Translations under genes and position numbers: made by a program
NCBI GenBank assembly: GCA_973895155.1
Contig: OZ316892.1
Location: 20,099,869 to 20,163,868, forward strand
Direction of reading: 5' to 3'
Length of the DNA stretch: 64,000 nt
DNA from: Marsupella aquatica
Taxonomy: Eukaryota; Plantae; Marchantiophyta
Notes under the pieces: model-generated
Database searches by the model: none
What the model was told of the DNA's origin: nothing
Seen by the model: the letters and a program-made list of their open reading frames with translations, nothing else
Shown here: positions 27,157-39,919 of the stretch, in pieces
Numbering within the stretch: position 1 is the first letter of the stretch
Layout of the letters: each line of letters opens with the position of its first letter

Positions 27157-30100
27157 GGTCAACAAGGAAAAGTAGCAATCCAGGTTTCAAAACAGGGCCC
27201 AGGAGCAAGGCTCTGGTCCGCTCCCCTGCCCTAATTCCAGGAAACAGCAGTCTGCACAACGATCTCCTTCGAGAATTTCATGACTCAGGGATATACGAGT
27301 ATGCGGAAGATCTTGGCATAATTCGGAATGGAGAGCTCAGTCTGCCCAATTCTGGACTGACTGGTGAGCTTCGATTGCCATGAAATCATGAAGCTAGGAC
27401 GGCATTATGCTCTGATTTGCCTTTGTTCGGCTTATTCACTACGATCAGATAGCCCAGTCCTCCAAAGGTAGCCTGGTTGCCAGTCGACCGCAGATTTTCG
27501 CCATAGACGTCGGCAAGTCATTTGCTAGCTCTCGTCTAAGTTTGCAGAATTGTCATCAGGTTCTCTGTGCGCCTTTGCTATATGAATCTCGATGCTTTTC
27601 TTTCGTTTGTATTGCTTACTGGGTAACTAAAAGGTTTATGTTTCTCCCAGCTGGAGAAAATGTTCTCTCCAGAGATGCGAGTGAAGGGAGGGATGTTCAT
27701 GGAGGCATGCAATTCGCGCCATCCGCTGCTGGGCCTTCCATGTCTATGGATAGCGGGAGCATGGGGTCCCCGTCCCAGGGCACTGAAGCCGCCATGGGTA
27801 TTCCCGTGCCGAACGGAACCCGAGGGGGAAGGGTTCTGCATCCAGATAGTTTGGGCGACGATCCGGAGTCTCCTGATGTCGTAGGAGGGTAAGCGGCTAT
27901 TGAAGAAAGAATATTGCTGTACAGTCCCTGTTGTCCTATTGAATGTACTCGTAGCTCAACTTTCGAACTCCGTTGGGGACCTTCACAGAGCTGCGCGATT
28001 GAGCTTGTCCTGAGCACCTGTATTCATGATGAGATTCTTTGGCGTAGTGCTTTCTTGCTTTCAGTGTATTGTCTTCGATCTGTGGTCTCTAGCTCACTAG
28101 TGGAGTCCTTCCGCAGGCGCAAGAAAAAGCGTGGGCAGCGAAGTGCTGCTGCAGAGAAAGGTGGTAAAGGCCTCCGACATTTCAGCATGAAAGGTGATTT
28201 GCACTCCTTTATCTCACCAGTTGATAAGCAGGGCAATGGGTTATGCTACTGTGTTGAAGATAAATGGTTTCGTTGCGGTCCCTCATGGGGACTTTTTATG
28301 TTGGTACTGTTTTGCAGTTTGTGAGAAAGTGGAGAGCAAGGGACGGACCACGTACAACGAGGTAAATTCTTTGGAGCGTCTCTCCGATTGCGCTACGCTC
28401 GTTCCGCTTCAAATACTTTTGTTCGTTTGTCGTCAAAGCAAGATCTATATATCTACGGTTCAGGATGTCTCGAACGTTCAGATTGCTATTGGCCATGGGA
28501 TTTCTTGCGATATTCTATCTTTGAGTTTTTCTGGATATGTAAGCGTGGCAACGTAGAACATTGTGCTAACTATCCTGTATGACATAATTGCCCACGTTTT
28601 CCAGGTTGCTGATGAGTTAGTGGCCGAATTTACCAACCCAGATAACTTACGGGTCTCGCCGGATCAGGTATGGCCGTTGCGTTTGCTGAGCGGGGTCTGT
28701 AAGTAGCATGTAGAATGCCGCCTCAATTTTGTGAGATTTTTTATTCCCGTCTTGTTACGTTCTTCGCTGAATTTGGGTGGAATTTCTGTTCAGATGGGTA
28801 TGCAGCAACAATACGACGAAAAGAATATTAGGAGGCGTGTCTATGATGCACTGAATGTGCTGATGGCGATGGATATAATTTCTAAGGAGAAAAAAGAAAT
28901 TCAGTGGAAGGGTCTTCCCAGTACTAGTGTTAACAATATTGAGCAATTAAAGGTCTGCACTGTGTCCTATTGCCCTCTGGCTATCTTATGTTTGAGTCAT
29001 TTTACGATGTAGTCATATAAGCAGAGTATCCTTCCTGTAATTGGATCCTTGTAACGGATTGAATTACCCCTAATTGATTACCTCTAGTCCCGCATTTTAC
29101 TGTTGACGAAAAGTGACCTTCTCTTTGCGAACCTGCTTGAGTGGAGGGTGGTGGCTATTTTATACTGCCCTCATGTGTTAGAGACTAGCACAATTTTGTG
29201 CTTCTTCACAGGACTTTTGAATCCTGGCCCCTCTCATCTGCCATTCATCTCCACGAGTTGATTTTCTCCTCACCGTATATGTACAGGTCTACGATTCCTG
29301 TGGATCCAGCAGTCTTAGTTACTTAGTGCATCTGACATGAGCAGGCCAGTTCGGTTCGTATTTTCTTACGGTTTATGAATTGCATTACAGACTGAGCGAA
29401 TGCGACTTGGGAGTTTGATCGAGAAAAAAGCAGCGTATCTTCAGGAATTGGAAGATCAGGTAGGCAAATGAGACGTGGCCTGAAGGTGCAAGCTGTTTGA
29501 AATATTAGTATGCTGCATCTAATCGTACCGCCCATTCAATACTGATACCGATCCTTGTATTTTTGCTTTGGGTGTGATCTTCGAACAGATTCTTGGGTTA
29601 CAGAGTTTGGTGGAAAGGAATGAAAGCATGTACAACATTATGGGTCACATGCCTGCTGGTGGGGTGGCATTACCGTTCATCCTCGTCCAGGTAATATTTG
29701 AAACTGTCTCTGAACGAATTGTTTAATATGAAATATAGTTAGAGTAATGCTTGCTTGTGATGTTTTTCCTGGTACAATTTATTTGTTTCGGGTACATGTT
29801 AGCTCATGAATTGGAAACCGACTGCGCAGGTTCTCTTGACTTATCTCTTGTTTTCTATTGGATGTGCTCCAGACTCGACCACAGGCCACTGTAGAAGTTG
29901 AGATATCTGAAGACATGCAATTGGTTCATTTTGACTTTAACAGGTGTTTCTCATTTCCTTTCGTTGCTGAAGAATTTCAGCGAATTAGCGGGCGTGTCAG
30001 TCCTTCCGGTTTTATTTAGCTATGGCATCTTGTTTGATTTGGTATCTTTGTACAAAATTAAGTTTGCAACCTATTGATGACAGCCGACATCTCTGCCCAT

Positions 30101-30425
30101 TAATTGCCGAACAGTTACTGAGATTTTTGTCTTCTGCTGCAGCACCCCGTTCGAATTGCATGATGATGCATATGTACTCAAGGCCATGAGCTTTTGTGAT
30201 GGGCAAAACTCCGACAGTCGCGATGGTGGCCTACACACGGATTCTGAAGAGGGGTTTGAACCCTCATATGACGACCATTCCTCCCCTGTATCTAATTTAT
30301 ACCATCGCCCTTCAATTATGGCCATGTCTCCAAGGCCTTCTGGTCCATATTCTGTTCAAACCTCTCCACCACCAGTACCAAGCATCCTGAAGGCAAGAGT
30401 GAAGCATGAAAGCTTTGTCTCGTAG
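27157..30425 (+). CDS. DP: Transcription factor DP (E2F dimerisation partner, DPb-like). Exons 27157-27363(?), 27651-27888, 28117-28193, 28318-28361, 28605-28667, 28794(or 28806)-28952, 29391-29459, 29589-29690, 29873-29943, 30143-30425. Start codon uncertain (ATG near 27708 or further upstream).
   Basis: Spliced translation gives [41 protein letters not shown], the DEF box [32 protein letters not shown], and [39 protein letters not shown]. All introns are GT-AG and phase-consistent. Confidence 0.95.
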
Positions 30426-32752
30426 TTTCTCAGGGTTCTCCTGTAACAGTAGGAAATCATCAATTTGGAGGATTGATTTTTCATTCTTGACTATTGCTTG
30501 ATTCTAGTTTAAAGCCCAGATGGAATCAAGGGGGAGGCGTCGCATGTATGAATGGCCCTCTCTGAAGGCGAGATGATGTACATTATGTTCATATATACGG
30601 ATTAAAGCGTGCTAAGTTCAAAGATTTGTTCATTTCCTGGCTGTTAGAAGCCATAAGGAGTGTATCGATTGCTCTTAGGTAGCCTGGTTAACTCTTTCTC
30701 CCAAGTACCCGGGAATTCAAATGACTTGCTTTCTTTGTAGTCATCATGCAGTAGGATTGATTCGAATCAAGATTAGCACCGGACTAATGTTTCTAAGGGA
30801 ACAGTCATGTTATACTGACTGTTGAGGTAATACCGGACCAACGGAAAGCCTATGTGTAGACTTGCTTTCCTGTCTTAGAAGAAGGTGATCGTTACAGGCG
30901 GATCCATCATGGATCACTTGGCTGCGACGCAGAAGAATCTTAGATTTATGCTGCCTCATAGTCCGTCTTAGATTTATGTTGCCTCATAGTCCATACCAAA
31001 TCTAAACCCACCTCCCAGTTATCCGCATGTGCGGTCTTGAATACTTGGAGCAGACGGCACTCTGCACTTCAATTTGGTTACAGGTGAATTAATTGAATAA
31101 AAATACTTCTCTTCTTAGTGGGCCTTTGTGACTGACCTCGGTCAGTTCCTGCACCTTACTCGGTTTCATGATCATTTAAGACGTTGCGATGTGACCTTGC
31201 TGCGTGGCCACTCAGTGCCCATAAAATGTACCATTTATGGGATGACTGCGAAAGGCAGTGAGCTCTCACTAGGTTGTTTTTGTATCACAATCTGCATCAC
31301 TCTTTTGAACGTGGCTTATAATCATGCTTATAAACATGCCTGGTTCATGATTATAATCACGTTTATCACTCTTTTGAACGTGGCTTCCTCATGTACTGAC
31401 AGCATGTTTAATCAGCTGTTGGGAGTTTGGCACTTCGGCCTGGCCTTTGAAGATTGCCTTGAATAGTGTGGAGGTAACTCGGTTTCCTTTAGATTAATTC
31501 ACTAATCTGGATAGTCCATCCCTGAGATTTATGCGTGGATGATCTACAAATACTGGCTCTGGTGGTGTTCTATGGAGTGTACCTACGTTGGTCTCCAGCT
31601 TGCAACAGGCCGCAATTATAGTGTGTTCAATTCAATTTGTGTTCCAAAACGGTAAGTAAGCCAGGCCCCTCTAGTATTTTGTGTACTTCATTAATCACAA
31701 AGATGTAGTGATCATAATCCAACGTACTTAGGCCCTTTGGATGGTAGGCCCCTCAATTTGTGTGCCAAAAACGGAAATACTTAACCAAGTCACAAAGATG
31801 GATTGAGTACTTGATCAGGCCCCTTGAATGGTAGGCCCAAAATTCAAAACATACCCTTACTTTTTAATAATCCAAAAACGAAGTAATTTTGTAGTAATTG
31901 CCCAAAATCCAAAATGGTAGGTCCAAAATACAATAAATACCCGAACTTTGTAGAAATAAAAAATTATAGTGATTTTTTTCTTCCGATCCTTCAAGGGGAT
32001 GGCCATGAATAATGAGATTGCTCAACTACTCACCAACGATGATCATCTGGTCAACAAGTGGGACGAAATGGTTGACACGGCCACTAATTTCTTTGGCGAC
32101 CTCCATGGCCGGTCGGATGGTTTCAATTGGGAGCAGATTTCAAAGGTCTTGGAGCTACAGAATAGCAGTATTATGCAGGAAGATCGGTCCCTGCTGAATG
32201 AGCCTTTCACTGTTGAGGAGCTTGGAAAGGCTGCTTTTGCGTTGGCCAGGAATAAGTGCCCCGGCCTTGAAGGCGTTCCTGTGGAATTTTTCGTTGCGCA
32301 TTGGAACATAGTGGGTCCCTCCCTACACCGAGTGCTCTTACAAGGGATAACCGATGAATCCTTTCCAATCAAAATCACTTGGGGATTCATTGTTCTCCTA
32401 CGGAAAAAAGGTGATCAACGTTACCTGAGCAACAAACGCCCCATCACTCTTTTGAACGTGGCTTATAAGATCGGTGCAAAGGCGTTTCAATTGCGCTTGA
32501 TTCCAGTCCTTCAGAGATTCATCACGCCCCAGCAATTTGCATTCCTACCAGGCCGAAATGAGGGTATGTTTTTGAATTTCCCTCAATGGGCGAATGGCCC
32601 CATCATTTGGACTGGCTAGATCGGTGAGGCAGGGCTGCCCTCTGTCTCCCCTTCTCTTCCTCATAGCAATGGACGCCCTCAACAGGATCATTCAAGGTGA
32701 AGTTGGTAGAGGTACGATCCAGGGGGTCGACATACAACCTGCCAGAGTTCAT

Positions 32753-33735
32753 TGTTGAGCATAGACGGCCTCATTCACAATTGGGTGTACCTCGCAGGAA
32801 CCACTTTCAGGACTCAAAAACATGCTTTTTTAGTGAAAAATGACTTTCGTAACATGGAAAAAGGTTCATCATGATTTTATCTCAAGACATTTAAGTCTAA
32901 TTTTTTCACAAGACTATTTTACATGGTGTAACCTACCTCACCATGTAGATACATCAAGTTTTCAAATGTTTTAAGGGATCCTGTTATTGATGGCCCTAAA
33001 TAGGCCAAAATTATTGATTATTTTTGTCCTGTACATAAAGGTTTAGTGTGTGTCACTATTTAAGTTTTGAAATATAAGATTATGCTATTAGTATGCATGC
33101 TTTGGTAAAATTTTGTTATCTAAAATGCATTTTTTAGAGTCCTTTTGAGTCTTGAAATGATGTGACCCGCTGCATGACAAGTCCTTTTATCAATCTTTGA
33201 AGGACATATAAGGAAAGCTTCAAAGTCTCAAATGCTAGATAGTTTAATGAATGTTACTAACCTATAGGATGTTTGTTAAGTATAGTACATCAAATTTTCT
33301 ATATCATCTCATTACACCCTAAAAATGATATACTAAAGCATAATAAACTATGGTCACTTTTGAGTGTGACGTTCCTTTTGGGTCCTCCAATTGTGAATGA
33401 GGCCAGACAACACTGGTAACAATAAGCACATGATACATCTAACGCGCAAGTAGTCAACACAAGAGATACGTGGTTCACCTCCTCGAGGCTACGTCCACGG
33501 GAACACACAAGAGAGCTTTACGGAACTCTAAGCCCGTTAGCTAAACCAAGTCTCCAGAGTGTAAGCTCTCCTCATCTCTCAAGTGGCTTCGTAACAATGA
33601 GCCTAAGTTCCACTTAACCAAGCAAACACCGCTTGGCATATAGTGCATCCTAGTTAACCTAACCACATATTTGACTATGGTTAGCCTAACTACGGTTACA
33701 TGCCGTAACCCTAGACCTTGAGTAAATACCTAACA
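32753..33735 (-). mobile_element. Solo LTR (Copia-like) inserted in the LINE RT
   Basis: TG...CA termini (tgttgag...cctaaca) and 5-bp TSD ttcat (32748-32752, 33736-33740). The motif gatacgtggttc...ggctacgtccacgg is shared, inverted, with the LTR at 42784. Confidence 0.85.
32767..33404. mobile_element. MITE with perfect 18-bp TIR and 4-bp TSD, inside the solo LTR
   Basis: TIR ggcctcattcacaattgg / ccaattgtgaatgaggcc. TSD agac at 32763-32766 and 33405-33408. AT-rich interior. Confidence 0.9.
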
Positions 33736-36700
33736 TTCATAATATTCATAACTTGTATGCAGACGATATGGCTATGATTATCCATGCTGTCATGATGTAT
33801 GTCGATAGATGTAAGGAGATCCTGGACCTATTTGGCATGGCCTTGAGACTCTTTTGTACGTGGGAGAAAACCAAAGCAACTTATATATCTCCGCGTAGGC
33901 TTCCGATTGAGTTCAAGCGCCTCCCCTGGAAGTGGGAGAACAATGCCACTGCCACTAAGCTACTCGGAATCCCTATAGCCCAACATATTTCTGAAAGCCA
34001 AATGGTCCTATCTCTGTCTGAAAAGCTGGAGTTGACATTGGACAGAGTACGTCGGAGCTCGGGATCGCTCATCGCAAGGGTCACTGTGGCTAACCACCTA
34101 GTCATGAGCACCTTGTGGTTCATGCTTACGGTCCGGGCTGGAGAACAGCACACCCTGGCTGCCCTTCAAAAGAAAATTACTACATTTATATGGGCAGGCC
34201 AGAATTTGAAGGCTCGCTCCAGAGTGGACTTTGCCATGATCACTAGGCCTAAGAAGTTTGGTGGACTCGGGCTGATTTCAATTGCAGCGTAGTTTCAGGG
34301 CATTGGCAGGGAACTTTATCATTTGGGCATTGGCGGAAGGGGATCATCCCTGTGTAGAATCCTGCAATACGAACTGAAATAGCTCTCACATCAGAAGAGG
34401 GGAACTGAGGATTGGGTCTTCAAGCAGTGTCACACCTTACCGAAGAATGGATCAAACGTCTGGACCAACATTTGTACGAGATGGAACGTCATAAAGAAAA
34501 ACCTGCTACCAGCACCCCCAGGGCACTTGGAAGGTTGGCGTGATGTCCCTCTATGGATGCCGCATCTCAACCACATCAACGCAAATCAAGCTAAGTGCCA
34601 CAGCAACCCGCAAAGGAAAATCAAGAGAGCTGGTTTTCTTTGTATGAAGGATATCTTAGATGTGGGAGGTCAGCCGATGGGTTGGGAGGATGGCCCTAAT
34701 ATGTTGCTGCCCAGGAATTGTACCATGGCTTATTGAAAAATTGGTGGCAAACCTCCGATGTGTGCCGGAACTACACAGCGACCCGATGCAATTGATCCCT
34801 GTGTTCATGGAAGCATATCTACTTGATGAGACTCTTCATATTTGGGAATATAGAATACGGAGAGATCACATCACATCCCAGTGGCAGAGGTTCAATGACA
34901 TTTCAACACCCAAGAAAACCTTTAGGGTGGTCAACGACCTCCTTTCTAAATCGGATAACTTCGCTCCACCGGCTGGAACCCTTCTACACCGTGTATTGAT
35001 TTGGAATCAAGGCAGTTCTGCGGCCCTTAGGCAACATTTTGGAAGGCCTACGGGTCTGCTTACCCCCTGTTGCAATTTGAATGGAAGGTCGGGTCACCAT
35101 TCCTGGATACTACCACTGCACACTTGCGGGAAATCCAAGGGCCTCTTCTGCAGACGTTACACAAGGTTGTACAAAAGTGGGCGATCACGCTTGATTGGAC
35201 TCCTCGGTTGGACTCCCAATCCTAATTCACTTTGGGCTGATACCTGGCTAACATTTCGTGCAGCAGGCGAGAATTGCTATCTGTGGCAATTAATCTACGT
35301 ACAGGATCCTGGCAACACAACATTGGAGACTTCTGCGACTTCCACCAACAGACCCCAGGACGTGGTGCACCCGATGTACAACTGACCAACAGGAGGATAT
35401 AGTACATTGCATCTGGAGCTGCGCCCAATCTCAGATTGTCTGGAGGTGGGTACAGTTTGTCCTGCAGATGTGTGCCTTCACTCGAGGAAACCCCTTTCTT
35501 CTCCAGCCAGCTCACATCTTGGTCGGTGCACCGTTGCCGGAGCAATGGGACACTCCTGGGAAACTGTGGCACACACTGCGGGCTATTGTTTGTTGGAATG
35601 TGTGGAAAGACAGATGTGCACATTTCATTGAACACACCAGGCCTAATCCACAAGGAGTCATCAGGAAATCTTGGCATCGTCTAGGAATATACCTCAGGCG
35701 GGACTGGGCCCGGAAGCAAGCCAGAATCCGCGCTGGAAGGACTACATTCAGAGATGCCCACCACGACATGTCTAGGCACTATGGGACCTGGACAGGCCTG
35801 TGGCTGTTACATGAAGATATTCTTCAGGTCCTGCCTGTACCCCCTTGCCCCCCGTGATCCCCCGTCCTTGCTCAGGTTTTGAAGCTGCACTGCAGACTGA
35901 CTGTTTGAGTCAACGCTCTCTCATGGACCCATGAATGGAACCCCGCCGGAACCTGATCACTGGCTGGTCTTTAGGAGTGTGTTGCTCCGACTGTAGTTTC
36001 TAAATTTCATGTTTAGTTGCCTCCCTCTGAGGCCCAGCTTCCTTCCTGGTGCCGGCCTCACCGGTTTTTTGGCACGTCGACTTTGGTCCCCCGGGGTGGT
36101 GCTCCTTTTAGGGCCCCCTTTTTTTGTATGCTGGCTATTTGAATGGAATTCATTTGGTTTTTTCGAGGCAAAAAAATAAATTATAGTGACTCAGCAGTAC
36201 AGTAGTTGCCATCGGGCTATCTCGGTTGTACAGGGTGTCACTACATGACTTGGGGCACCATGAAACCTAAAAAAATGTCGGCTATCTTTGTTGCACAGGG
36301 GTCACTACATGACTTTTGGGGCACCATGAAACCTAAAAATTGTCAATTTTTGATAAACCTGAACGTGTTATTGGATGACTAAATAGATTTTTTCGAACTG
36401 AAAATAGTTTGGTGTGATTTCTAAAGTTCAAATTTGGGACTTCCTGGACAACATTTTGGACATAACGCTCAATCTTATGTCCTCATAAATCTGTGCTTGG
36501 GAACTTTCCTTTAGTCATTTGTTTTGCAAAGCATAATTATAATCTGTTAGCTTATTTGAGAAAGGTATGTACCTATACTATTCACTCTAACTAGTGTTAC
36601 TCAAACTAATTTGAGAGTGCCAATTTTCAGGGTCTACTTGTGAATTAGTGTTTGTCACACTAATTCTGTCATACCACTATAATTTCAGTGCACAGGAAAG

Positions 36701-37496
36701 AGTGCTATTGTGATCTCAAGAGTGGGAAAATACACAAGAATTAGTGTTACTTTGGACTCAAGATCACCCATTTTTTATTAGCAATGTTAAACAAAAGCAG
36801 AAATAACCTATTCTGAAAAACCAACAAAAATTAGGGTTACTTGGCACTCACAATCACATTTACCAAGATTAGTGTTAGTGACACTACTTTTGCAGTGACA
36901 GTAATTCTTGCATAACACTAGTTAATTATGGTGAAAAGTGTAGCTTAGTTTTGGTTCTAACTTAGTTTGCTCCAGGTATCTCAAGAAAAGTGCATAATTG
37001 TAGATTATACTTCATAAAATAGTGAAGTTTGAGGAGATACGATTCCCCTTTTTTATTACCGGTTAAGTAAGTAGCTTGAATGTAAGGCATCACACCAAAC
37101 AGTTTTTAGCTCAAACATAATTCATCTAAGTCATGCAATAAAATGTTAGGGTAAACATTTTGTAGGTTTAGTGGTGCCCAGAGTCATGTAATGGCGTCCT
37201 GTGCAGGGGAGGTATACCCAACTATTGCAGAACTACTGTGTTTTTTGGACGACTACAGAGTTAATTATGGTATTTTTTGAATTTTGAACAGCCTACAGTC
37301 CAAGGGGTCTGATCAATCCATTGTTGACAATCAATTCCTCAAGATGCTAGAGGGGTCTGGTTAAGTCCTTTCCTGAACTGGAGCCCGTGCTCTTTGTTAG
37401 GCCTAACTGATTGCAGCTTGCAATGGGCAGTGCTCATTTGTGAAATAGGTTTGGGCCTGAAAGTAAGGTTAGCATGGATGCCCTCAGGAAGCAAAG

Positions 37497-37823
37497 ATCA
37501 ATCTATTCATTAAAAGTGAATTATTGTTCACAAAATAGAAAGTGTACATTTGGCTTTCAAAAAGTGTACATTTGGGCAAGAAATAAAAGTGATGGCCATC
37601 AGACATACCACCATGTTCATCTTTTATAAATGAACTAGGATGAGACTCCTTCTAGTAAAGATCATTTTTTCTCCCTCAAGTTTACAATTGACTATTTAGG
37701 TGTAGAGTATTGTACTATAGTATACCTAATGGGGTTAAAAAGTGTACATTTAGAGACCAAAAAGTGTACATTTTGAGGCCTAAAAGTAAACAAAATAAAT
37801 ACACTTTTAATGAATAGGGTGAT
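37497..37823. mobile_element. MITE (~327 bp)
   Basis: TIR core ctattcattaaaagtg (37503) / cacttttaatgaatag (to 37817), flanked by aaag on both sides. An alternative reading is CA..TG ends with a 2-bp AT duplication. Four internal aaagtgtacattt repeats. Confidence 0.75.
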
Positions 37824-39919
37824 AAAGATACAATGCCAACATTGTAAAAGGCAGACTTGGGCGAATCCCTACAGCAAAAGAAACAATAACTGGTTAATCA
37901 TGTCAGGAAGGAAATTAAAGATAAATGGCTGCGGGGTAGATGGGAGGCCTGTATCCACTACAGGAAAGTTACCAGTGCTCATTAAGGGTACTAGTCACCT
38001 AGTCAATACTCTTAATTCCACAGCCGCTACTCTTTGGAATTACTTGACATATATTTGACCATTTTCATTCCACACCCCTCTTCCACCCTAAAACCCTGAA
38101 TGTCTAGCACTTTAAAAAAACAGCAAGCCTCCTCAACACTTGCCTAAGCATTCAACATTAAACAATATTTTGAGCCAAATGCACAGGCCAATTCCTGCAC
38201 CTGGTAGCAATACACCACTCTAACTAGAAAATAATTGCATGGCATTGTGACGCCAGAAAAACCAACAACCAGCTACTATGGCCCTCCATTGGACCACCTG
38301 TCCAATCAAAAGTCTACAGCACAGGATGCAGGTCCTTTGCTCTCTATCCATCTTCTCAACCATCTGCAACAACATGTTCAAATCATGTGACAGAGGCTAA
38401 GAATACCCTAAACCCAAATTAATTAAACAATATGTGGCCAGAGCATTGGTTAGAATTTCCTAGCGCCAACTCCAACCTGCAGAAACTCTCAAGAACCCTT
38501 GACATATGAGCACACACCTATCATTTGGAGTGACCAACTCCATACTGAAAGAAGAGCCTCCTACTTCTACATTTCTAGAGACCTCTATCTAAATCCACCA
38601 CATGTAAGTGTCTATTATCCTCTTCGGCTAGCTTTGTTGGTTACAAATGACTTCTAGTAATTACCCAAATAATTACTACAAAATGAATTTCACGTTTACT
38701 TTCTGCATTGAAACATGATTAACGTACATAGTTTGGTAGACTAAGAATATGAATGGATTCTCTTAAACGGGGGTCTCCAGCCAAACTACTGAAAATTTTG
38801 AGATTTAGTATGAAGATTATGAAAATTTTCATATTTGCATTTTTCTACAAGAAATTTAGAGATAAAAAAAAAATCATAGGGAAAGTAACAAAACCCTACA
38901 TCCCTGATATTTGTTTACATTAATGTGGAAAATAATGTAGGTTTCCCTTTGTGGCATAATTAATCTAGTATATTATTTGGATGTTCCCTTTCTATGTCAT
39001 GGGCTGGTACCCGGATTGTGGTGAAGAATGGGGTAGGGAGGGGCAGGGGGCACCATATATATATAACCAAGCTACCAATTCAAGTGTGTAAGTATTAAGT
39101 TATGGCATAGCTAGCAGGGGAATAAAGCTGATTGTGTACTTTTTTACGTTATTTCATATTTCAACTATCTCCGAACTCCATGCAATATGTTCAGGAGCAT
39201 ACCCGGGAGCATATCGGAAGCAGAAATTCTAAGAGAAATTCTAAGAATATTTAACCGCTCGGAGGCCAGTCAGTTGTCAGTGCCAGTGTGCGATTTTTCT
39301 AACGGCATACAGTCCACAATCGCTCTAGTAGTAGTCTACAATGATGATAGTAGCTTTGACAACCATTTCCTGTCTACAATTTTGGGAGCATTTCTTGCAT
39401 GATGTCTTCAATGTTGCGCAGGGAAAGATATATACGACCGAAGGAACGCAATTCAGATTTAGATATGTGCAAACCACACCACAGATATTTCGAGTACGAG
39501 TGTCCTGTTGAGCCAAAAGCACTCCCCAATTTGTTATCATTCAATTGTTAGCAGAAATCGGTGAAATGCATATTATACAGTAGAAGCTAGATCTATTCTG
39601 CAGAAATGTTTCTTTAATCATCGATGTAGGTCCTGCCTAGAGACCGACCTAAGACAGCATTCCTAATTCCCTACATAGATCGAGTGCCAATGCAGTATGA
39701 TAGGTAGCACAATCACCTCTTGAAAGCGGTAGTCACTAGTAGCTCCTAAGGTAAATCACGATACAGATGACTGGAGAACCAGAACCCGAGCCTTATTAAG
39801 GTGGACTGCAGCACTAATTCTTTGGGGAAGTACGCCGGGGCAACCAATTTGGCATTCAAAACCCAGGATTTTCTCAAAGTCAAACATCCAGGGTGTTTTC
39901 ACAAGAATTTTAGTTGCGA

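Larger units (their letters stand above)
31973..36177 (+). mobile_element. 5'-truncated, decayed L1-type LINE (reverse transcriptase + zf-RVT remnant)
   Basis: KCPGLEG, RPITLLNVAYK, QFAFLPGR, RQGCPLSPLLF, YADD (33756), GGLGL motifs, with stops and frameshifts. Short A tail. 12-bp TSD aaattatagtga at 31961-31972 and 36178-36189. Confidence 0.92.
31650..37375. mobile_element. Degenerate long-TIR non-autonomous DNA transposon hosting the LINE (ends approximate)
   Basis: 31650-31960 plus 36190-36270 (aggcccctctagt; gatcaggccccttgaatggtaggc; cactacatgacttggggcaccatgaaaccta) are inverted matches to 37160-37375 (taggtttagtggtgcccagagtcatgta; gcctacagtccaaggggtctgatc; ctagaggggtctgg). Confidence 0.6.
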
